Origin: Schmidtea polychroa
Lineage: Eukaryota
DNA: 64,000 nt
Assembly (NCBI GenBank): GCA_044892525.1
Contig: CM097885.1
Location: forward strand, 33,048,001-33,112,000
Direction of reading: 5' to 3'
Shown here: piece after piece, positions 55,972 to 64,000 of the stretch
Layout: every line of letters begins with the position of its first letter
Numbering within the stretch: the stretch's first letter is position 1
Notes under the pieces: generated by a model
Databases searched by the model: none
Told to the model about the DNA's origin: nothing
What the model saw: the letters and a program-made list of their open reading frames with translations, nothing else
Made by a program: the position numbers and the translations under genes

Positions 55972-56177
55972 CTATTAATAAATTTATTTAATAATTATCT
56001 AAATATTGTTGTAATATAGAATGTTTAATATCTTTATTAACAATTGTTAGTAGTTATTCAGTTTTTTATTAGACAATAATTATAAAACGGAATAACTATT
56101 AACAATTATTAATAAAGGGTATAACTATATTATTAGCAGTTAGATCAAAACTGCCAAAGACATGGAAATTTAAAGGT

Positions 56178-56708
<531 letters not shown>

Positions 56709-56728
56709 AGGATTTATTTTATAATTAT

Positions 56729-57190
56729 AATTTCGTAATAACTTTTTTAAATATTTTCATAATAATTTCATTATATTTCAGATATAATCATTTTCATCAT
56801 AATATTTTCATCATAAATCATAAATCATTTTCTTCATAAATTTTCGTCATAATTTCATCATTTTCATCATAAATCATTTTCATCATAATTTTGGTCATAA
56901 ATCATTTTCTTCATAACTTTGTCATAATTTCATCATAAATCTCATAATTTCATCATTTTCATCATAAATCATTTTCATCATAATTTTGGTTATAAATCAT
57001 TTTCATCATAAATCATTTTCTTCATAATTTTGTCATAATTTCATCATAAATCATTTTCATCATTTTCTTCATAAATCATTTACATTTTCTTCATAAATCA
57101 TTTTGTTCATAAAATATTTTCATCATAAATTTTCGTTATAAGTTTCAATATTTTATCAAAATATTTAAAAAAAAAAGTTATTACGAAATT
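56729..57190. repeat. Low-complexity (tcatcataaatcattt)-type array bounded by inverted repeats
   Basis: aatttcgtaataacttttttaaatatttt on the left; aaaatatttaaaaaaaaaagttattacgaaatt on the right. Confidence 0.75.
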
Positions 57191-57239
57191 TTTTTAAATA
57201 CATAAAAAAATATATATATATAAAATAAATAGATCTTAC

Positions 57240-57717
57240 ATTGAGATTCCATATCGGAATCTGAGTCCTCGGCAACCTCCTCAACAGAAGTGAGGGCATT
57301 ATCCCCAATAGTCACCTCCTCAACAGAAGCGAGGGCATTATCCGCAATAGATGCGTCGATGTCGACATTAAATACTAAAACGTTTTTTAATAATAAAATA
57401 CTAAAATAAAATAAATTTACTTTTTTCTTTCAAAACCTTGTTTTGCCCAACATCATTAACCGGGGCATTCGTTTCTCCCATAAAAACGACATCATCGTCG
57501 TCATCATCGCTAATAATGATAGGTTCTAAAGAAAATTAATTTAATAAAAATTAAAATAATAAATTTACCGAATATATTATCCACATTTAAGATAGAATCG
57601 TTCTCCGTCACTTCATACCAATCGAAAACATCTAAAATAAAATAAAATAAAATAAAATAAATTACCACTCGTCAACAGATTCCTTAAAATATTATTATTA
57701 TTATTGTTATTTTGCAT
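57240..57717 (-). CDS. Predicted four-exon acidic protein with SIM-like motif (absent from the ORF track)
   Basis: Exons 57666-57717, 57569-57631, 57421-57525, 57240-57374; GT-AG introns of 34, 43 and 46 nt, all phase 1; spliced frame is stop-free: MQNNNNNNNILRNLLTSDVFDWYEVTENDSILNVDNIFEPIIISDDDDDDVVFMGET...AEDSDSDMESQ. Confidence 0.75.
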
Positions 57718-58168
57718 GGTTTGAATTTTTAAATTTTAAAAATAATTGTGACAAATTTTAGATTTGTCAATGTTTATAAAGAGAATGAATATTTTCCTGT
57801 CCCAACCAATGAGAATATAGATACACACACATATACACTGAATATTTTACTCTCTCAACCAATCACACGCATGCATGTATGTAATGTAAATCACTCAGAA
57901 ATTACATGTGACTGCCTTTGTTAGTCATGCCTTTGTTAACTTGCACTGTGCATGCTTCAGGCAAAGGTAGTCTTTATGTAGATTTAATAATATTTATGTA
58001 AATAATAATAAAATTAATTAAAAATAATAATATTTTTCAAAATAATAATATTTTTCAAAATAATATTAATAATATTAATAATAATAATAATATTAATAAT
58101 AAAACTTTGTAATATTAATAATAATAATATTAATAATAATCACAACAACAAAGGAAAGGATACATTTA

Positions 58169-58556
58169 TTAAACATCAAATTTTTTGTACAATAACCAAG
58201 CTAAACAATGTTGACCACATGTTTGGGTCAAAGGATTTTGAAACATAGTTTTATTATACACAATAGGTTTCCCCATTGTTTGTAGTTTTGATATCAACAA
58301 AGCCGGGTAATAAAAACCCATAGGATCGAACACGAATATATTACCAGGTTTCATATATATAGCTATCCAATGTTCTCCACCAAGATGAGACGATTGAGTA
58401 TTGACGATTATTGCTTGATTATTGCTCAAATATGGAATTTTATCAAGAGGAAAAACTCCAACAAATTCATTTCCCAATATCTGTTTTCCGATTTTATTGA
58501 CCTGAACAGAACTACTTAAATAAATCCAGAGTATAAAAAAAAACAACTTACTCCAT
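58169..58556 (-). CDS. Adenain (adenovirus-like cysteine protease), predicted spliced start
   Basis: FVGVFPLD, IVNT..GEHWIA, FDPMG, QNPLTQTCGQHC catalytic motifs; ATGGA|GTAAG...TTTAAG|T, 37-nt intron 58515-58551, gives MDSSVQVNKIG. Confidence 0.9.
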
Positions 58557-58583
58557 GACAACTTTTTGTGTTTCAATATACCT

Positions 58584-59804
58584 TTATACCAACACAGTTC
58601 TATTTGCAGTAATTTGAACTTCATTTTCAAATACTCGATATATTATAACATGTACTGGTTCAGTAATAGCTTTTGCAAACTTTATATCTAGTCGTAAATT
58701 TCCATTTTGAGGTAATTGACTTTGACTTAAATCAAAATCAGGGGCTAAAACAAATGTAAAAAATGGGTATTTGCTTTTAAAATCTTCTAGAGTTATTCCG
58801 CAATTCAAATTTTTATCTAAATAACCCAGATTTCTAACAATACTCTGCATATATGTCGCACAGTAGTTATCATTCTCGAAATCTTGAATATATGTTTCTC
58901 TATAATCAGTATTTTTCGACAAAGTCAATGATGTAACACCAAAGTTTTTGAAAATTGAGCTGGACGCAGTATATGATCCATTATATTGTGCTTCACTTTG
59001 AAATGTTATCAGAATAAAATTAGGCATTCTTCTGTCACCAAATATTTGTTCTTTATAGAATGATGAAGCACCTTTAGCAATAGCAAATTGTACAATTTCC
59101 TTTGTTTTTAATGGATAAATTGCATGTTTTGAATTAAGACCCAATTGATGACCTGCTAATACTGAGGGGTCTACTCGAACTCTTCTCACCAATAATTTTG
59201 CATCAACTAATTGACATATTGGTGTAGTAGTTGCACTAGTAAGAGATAATGCGGAATCAGACCTTTTCAGTCTAATATGTAGATTAACTCCCGGTAGTAA
59301 ATATTTCGGTTGATCCATAAAATCAAGTTGTAATGATGAGCACATGGTGAAAACCTTTGAGCCTTTAACCCACTTTTTTCTTTCATCATCACTGCCATAG
59401 CCCATAGGAGTAAGACATGTATTTTTAGTATCGGAATTGTAATTTAAAATAGTTTCTATTAATGCTTTGTGAATGAATGTATTATTTCCTCCCTCAATCT
59501 TGATATTATTAAATCCCAACACTGCATTTTTAAAAAGAGTATGAAACAGGAAATTGTTAGGTATTACATCTGCATTGGCATCCAAAGCTTTTCTATCTTT
59601 ATCTACAACCTTAATCTGAACAGTCAATAAAGTATCGTTCAAATCTAAATATTCGGTTTGCGAACCATTAATATAAAACTCGATATCATTTCTACTATCG
59701 GTAATTGAATTCATAGGAAAAACTTCCACAAATGCCCCAAATTCTATTACAGCCTGGGGCGACGGTCTATCAAATATACATAATTCAGATTTACCACAAA
59801 TCAT
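58584..59804 (-). CDS. Double jelly-roll major capsid protein (hexon-like)
   Basis: Intact 406-aa ORF with KSELCIF..PQ, YLDLNDTLL, NNFLFHTLF, QPKYLLPGV, GNLRLDIKF, as in Polinton MCPs; next to adenain. Confidence 0.88.
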   Translation of the reverse strand: MICGKSELCIFDRPSPQAVIEFGAFVEVFPMNSITDSRNDIEFYINGSQTEYLDLNDTLLTVQIKVVDKDRKALDANADVIPNNFLFHTLFKNAVLGFNNIKIEGGNNTFIHKALIETILNYNSDTKNTCLTPMGYGSDDERKKWVKGSKVFTMCSSLQLDFMDQPKYLLPGVNLHIRLKRSDSALSLTSATTTPICQLVDAKLLVRRVRVDPSVLAGHQLGLNSKHAIYPLKTKEIVQFAIAKGASSFYKEQIFGDRRMPNFILITFQSEAQYNGSYTASSSIFKNFGVTSLTLSKNTDYRETYIQDFENDNYCATYMQSIVRNLGYLDKNLNCGITLEDFKSKYPFFTFVLAPDFDLSQSQLPQNGNLRLDIKFAKAITEPVHVIIYRVFENEVQITANRTVLV

Positions 59805-60169
59805 TTTGCAAATATAGTTCCATGTCCTTTCATTCGTTTGTTTATACGTGATATTCCATGTCTTTTACGTTTTGGAGCAAGAGCTGGAGCTGGAGGGTTT
59901 TCTTTTTGAAACATACCTGCAACCCCGGGTAAAACTTTCCCTAATTCTGCTAAAGCATTTGTTTTTAGAGATGGTAATATTTTCTGTTCATTCATAATAA
60001 CATCTTTTGCAGTTTTCATACCAAAACTACCAATACGTTTAAGAATAGGCAGGGCAAATCTACCAATTGTTCTCAACCATCCTAATCCGTACTGTTTACC
60101 AATAAAATATGGTAAATCACCACCAGATTGGCTACCACTATACATACTAATAATATCAGAATTAGCCAT
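59801..60169 (-). CDS. Virion protein with amphipathic helix after a QxGxG site (pVI/cupiennin-like)
   Basis: QSGG, QYGLG|WLRTIGRFALPILKRIG, basic C-terminus PKRKR..KRMKGHG; packed between penton and MCP. Confidence 0.7.
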   Translation of the reverse strand: MANSDIISMYSGSQSGGDLPYFIGKQYGLGWLRTIGRFALPILKRIGSFGMKTAKDVIMNEQKILPSLKTNALAELGKVLPGVAGMFQKENPPAPALAPKRKRHGISRINKRMKGHGTIFAK

Positions 60170-61988
60170 TTATTTTACGAAAATGTAATGTTAAATGAGT
60201 TTTTGAACCTTTTGGAAATTCGATTAATTGACCAGAATCATCTCTTATATTTATTTCTATATTGTTTATACAAGATGTTGAAACAGGTAAATACATGGGA
60301 TTTTCTACATTGATTTGTACAACTTCATCTTGATCATGTTTTTCAATCCATATAGATTTCATTAAAGGAACACTAGAATCGCCAACAATAACTGGTTCCA
60401 CGATATTACTGTAAATCAGGGGTGCCCACTAATTTTTCTAGGAGAGCTACATTCACATCCAAAATGTGTATGCGATCTACTTTTTTAATACTTACATAAT
60501 ATTATTATTACATAATATTAATTATAAGCTGTGAAATATCAGCCGCATCAGTTGATTCGTCTGCTTGCAATGAAAATGCGGTACAATTTCCTATGTCTAA
60601 CATTAACTGATTTTTTAAATTGGTACTTATTTCTTGGACTCTCCGTGTAACTGTATTACGGGACAATTGCATATTAGTAATAGCAGAAATTATATCTGAT
60701 TTATTTTTAAAATCAAAAAATAATGATTCTGCCGCTTCTAAAAATGCTTCTTTTACAATTACTCCATCACTAAAAGATTTCTTATTTTTTGCCAGAATGT
60801 AGCTTACTCGGAAAGATGCAGCTGTAGCTGACTTTGATTTGGATGTTAGCTTCGTAAAAAATGACTGTTGAAAAGAAATGCATGTTTTTAGTTCCATGAT
60901 TTTAGACTTGTGTAGTTCACTGTCAAGTGGATAATCAACTTCAAAATTCTTATGAATTGTCTTGAAATGCCTTTCCAAATTCCCTCTTTTTGGTAATGAA
61001 ATAGTAGCTTTACAAATTAAGCAACAACATTTACCTTCAATCATTACAAAAAAGTACTCCTTCTCCATTTCTTCGCTATAATGATAAGTCTTGGCTTTTT
61101 TATTTAGCATTTTTAAACAAAATTAATTTAACAAAAAAGCTTAAGAAAATTTTTCACTTTGTTACACCAAAATTTTTTTATTTAGTATTTTACAGTGTAA
61201 ATGAACATTTGCTGATGATGTTTAAGGATTTTCGGTTTGTTTGTTCCTTCACAAATTTGTTCATTTTGTGTACATATTGGTTTAGTCAATCCTAATGTTT
61301 TTGTCAAATTTGAGTCAAATTTAACTTGACTAAGATTAGAATTTATACTAAATCTAAATACTTTATCTTTTTGAAGCTCGAAAACTGTTAAAATCTCGCT
61401 ACAATTGTCAGCTAAATAGGTTTGTAATTGTTCGAGGTCTGTAATATATAAATTATCTTTAAAAGTATATGCATGCTCAGTTATTTCAATGTATGATAGC
61501 TTAAATTTAATTCCACTAAATTATTAGTTTTTAAGTGTAGAGAGATTTATTTTGACTGTATCATTAAATACATTACGTAAATCAGTAAATCCAAGACGTT
61601 TATCATCAGCCATTGTAGAAAATAAAATTTCGAATGGCTTATTCAAGCAATTCATGTATAAATATTGACCATCATCATAAATTATAGGTTTCCTTGATTT
61701 CGATGAACTCGTCAAGTTATAACTATCTTTATCAATAAGAACATTAATATATTCCGTTACTGCTACTTTCTTATTATATTCAATAACTGATTTGCTATAG
61801 ATTGGGAATAAATTGTATACAAAAGTAAAATCCAACAGAGCAACTTCCCAGTCATTATCCAAATAGATAGGGTTTTGGAGTTCGATGATGAATTTGCTTG
61901 CTTGGTTGTCTGGATGAATTAATGGACAACTATTGCTCGGTAAAATAGTATAAAAATTCACTTTACTAGATCTTTTGCTGATATCCAT
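60162..61988 (-). pseudogene. Minor capsid protein (penton), split by a hAT fragment and a frameshift
   Basis: N-terminus FYTILPSNS..DWEVALLD; middle ..LGL..QQMFIY (to about 61196) rejoins SNIVEPVIVGDS..YLPV..IEINIRD..TLHFRK (60416-60162); frameshift near 61525. Confidence 0.85.
60417..61195 (-). mobile_element. Internally deleted hAT (GTF2IRD2/SPIN-like) inserted in the penton gene
   Basis: TIR-like caggggtgccca at 60417; ORF 60508-61110 with CLIC..NLERHF..H and FSLQADESTD; tgtaaat on both flanks (7 of 8 TSD bases); other TIR not seen. Confidence 0.85.
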
Positions 61989-62590
61989 GACGGGTTTTGA
62001 TAACCATGCCATTTGACATAGTATTGTTTATCCTTACCGACCTTTTTAGTTTTCAATATTTTTTGAATTCTAAATACTTTTGGGGGAGGAATGACTTGTA
62101 ATTCCTGCTCATAAAATTTCCCTTGTACAATATTATTATCATTGTCTTTGATGACATACATTACAGGATTCTGTTTAGTATTTATTTTTGAAATTACAAA
62201 GACTTCATCACTCCAATTTGTATCAAAATTTTTAATAAATGGTGATGCACTAATTTTACTAATTCTAACATGGTCACCGACTTTATATTTAGGTTTTGCA
62301 ATTTTTACAGATTTCTTAGAAGTCAATGATGTTTTTGATGTAATATCAACCGGTCTCAATCCATTCAGTCCTCGATGTGATGAATGATTATAACTTGTTA
62401 TTATTTTCGGTAAAGCATTTACCCATTTTTTATTACCTTGATGCACGAACAATTTCTTTAATCGATCTCTCAATGTTCGATTAAATCTTTCAACATGGGC
62501 AGCTTTGTATTGAGAATGTACCGAGTAGTGATTTATTTTCAGTTTATCGAGGATTTGCTTAACTTTGCTATTGTAGAATTCTTTACCTAA

Positions 62591-62664
<74 letters not shown>

Positions 62665-63052
62665 CTAAATCTGTTTGCAAGTTATTAGGATGTCCATCTT
62701 TAAATAAAATATTAATTGCCTTGGACATTTCATCTGCAGATTTTGCCTTGACCGGTATTTCTCGTGCAAACCTGCTGTATACATTAATACATGTTAAAAT
62801 ATATTTATTCCAATTGTTAATTTTCGAATATGGTATCATCTCCATCAAATCCATTTGCCATAAATCGTAAATACCAAATGTTTTATACGCTCTTGTTGGA
62901 AATCCTTTCCGCATTGGTTTGTTCAAACTGTACGCAAGCTGATCTGATAACCACTTCTGGGTTTCTTTTTTCGAATTCGGAACTCTTTTGTTTAATTTTG
63001 CCACTCCACCGAAACCGGCTTCGTCTTCTGGGTTCGTCCAAATCTTCTCCAT
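61958..63052 (-). CDS. Retroviral-like integrase with C-terminal chromodomain; one predicted intron
   Basis: WQMDL, QTDLG|KEFYN (after removing intron 62587-62664), HVERFNRTLR, YNHSSH, YKVGDHVRI, NWSDEVF, GKFYEQEL, YYVKWHGY. Confidence 0.93.
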
Positions 63053-63110
63053 TACAACAAGAAGATTTAAAATTAAATTTAATGTCGGGCAATGAAGGAT
63101 TAGCACCCAT
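62883..63110 (-). CDS. Small overprinted ORF with N-myristoylation consensus
   Basis: Starts just after the pX-like stop; MGANPS (G2, S6) and SSCC; overlaps the integrase 5' end in another frame. Confidence 0.45.
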   Translation of the reverse strand: MGANPSLPDIKFNFKSSCCNGEDLDEPRRRSRFRWSGKIKQKSSEFEKRNPEVVIRSACVQFEQTNAERISNKSV

Positions 63111-63113
63111 TGT

Positions 63114-63647
63114 TTATGATTGATTTCCTACAACCCCACCTAATAATGATAATGCCAGAGGTATCAATGCACCAATAAATCCACCTTGTTGTTTATATAT
63201 AATTTTTCTCATTTGCTTACGATTTTTATTATTTACTAAAGATAATAAAGGTTTCCTATGTTTGCTCAATAAATGCTTTTTTGATTTACTGATTTTAATT
63301 TTGCCTTTGACTACTTTAAGTATAATATTGAGTAAATCATCGACAACAAAGTTTGGGAATGATTGCAATATATTCATTCTTTTCATACTCGGAGCCTTTA
63401 ACAATGCATTAAAAAATGGAAAACTGCGATGATTTTTAACTACTTTTTTACAGGTTTTACGAGTTTTACGGGTTTTACGTTTAGGTTTAGGATTTTTCGA
63501 AATAAGATTCATTGCAGAAAAATCTTCAGTTACAAGTTTTTTAGACGGTGTATAACTAGTTGTTGGTGGAACTTTTGGAACTTTAATACTCTTTCTAATA
63601 CTTTTTCTTAATTTCCTAATATTTTTCACCCTTGCTTTTAGAAACAT
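63114..63647 (-). CDS. Basic core protein, adenovirus pX-like
   Basis: Lys/Arg-rich body; C-terminus QQGG|FIGALIPLALSLLGG resembles adenovirus pX MRGG|ILPLLIPLIAAAIG. Confidence 0.72.
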   Translation of the reverse strand: MFLKARVKNIRKLRKSIRKSIKVPKVPPTTSYTPSKKLVTEDFSAMNLISKNPKPKRKTRKTRKTCKKVVKNHRSFPFFNALLKAPSMKRMNILQSFPNFVVDDLLNIILKVVKGKIKISKSKKHLLSKHRKPLLSLVNNKNRKQMRKIIYKQQGGFIGALIPLALSLLGGVVGNQS

Positions 63648-63665
63648 TATTATTCATAGAGGTTT

Positions 63666-64000
63666 TCAACTTTGTTTATAAACCATGGCACCTTTTGGGT
63701 TGAAAATATCTGTTTTTACTCGTAAATCATCGGGACATTGTTGTGTGAAATCAAGAAATATATATCCATGAGGTATTTTTGTAGCATCTTGAAATGCACT
63801 GATAAGAAAATTACGATTGTTTGGGTATGCTTGACGTGCAAGAAAATCAATCACTGTTGCATCTCTAGGATTCTTGAAAATATCTAAATATTGTACATTT
63901 AAATTACGTGTTCGATGTGCCCCACCTTGATGAAATAGATTTTGTGTTATGAAAATAACTGTTACACCGACATATCTGCTGATCTTTGTAAATAAATTAT
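63666..64000 (-). CDS. A32/FtsK-like packaging ATPase, C-terminal part
   Basis: Open from the window edge: NLFTKISR..VTVIFITQNLF..RTRNLN..IFKNPRD..FLARQAYP..DATKIPHGYIFLD. Confidence 0.88.
   Translation of the reverse strand, partial: NLFTKISRYVGVTVIFITQNLFHQGGAHRTRNLNVQYLDIFKNPRDATVIDFLARQAYPNNRNFLISAFQDATKIPHGYIFLDFTQQCPDDLRVKTDIFNPKGAMVYKQS

Noticed and set aside
58557..58630. ORF-track start of adenain (MKMKF...)
   Set aside because: Overlaps the capsid gene end and crosses an intron-like T-rich tract; the spliced ATG at 58556 fits better

Overview
Very AT-rich eukaryotic (metazoan) genomic DNA. The 5-HT7-like receptor, tiny AT-rich introns and TE spectrum fit a planarian-type flatworm, but that is an inference. 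Host genes: a large exon of an aminergic, 5-HT7-like GPCR (28032-29120, minus) and an intronless divergent Ser/Thr kinase ORF (40993-41841, minus). Most other recognisable sequence is transposon-derived: decayed mariner, Tc1, hAT and Merlin elements, several MITEs with TIRs/TSDs, two Penelope-like retroelements carrying minimal hammerhead ribozymes, and three Ty3/Gypsy elements, one in a Tc1>Gypsy>hAT nest and one a three-LTR tandem inside a single TSD. From about 49761 to the window end lies a Polinton/Maverick (adintovirus-like) endogenous virus: RING protein, pPolB, adenain protease, major capsid, pVI-like protein, penton, integrase, pX-like protein and packaging ATPase. This copy is partly decayed. 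Its most unusual features are not visible in the ORF track: at least six short predicted GT-AG introns (34-78 nt), a hidden four-exon acidic gene with a SIM-like motif, an integrase intron made of an (ATT)n microsatellite between 9-bp direct repeats, an overprinted MGxxxS ORF, and a terminal array of NR5A-type and AP-1 motifs. All calls come from reading motifs by eye; no database searches were run.
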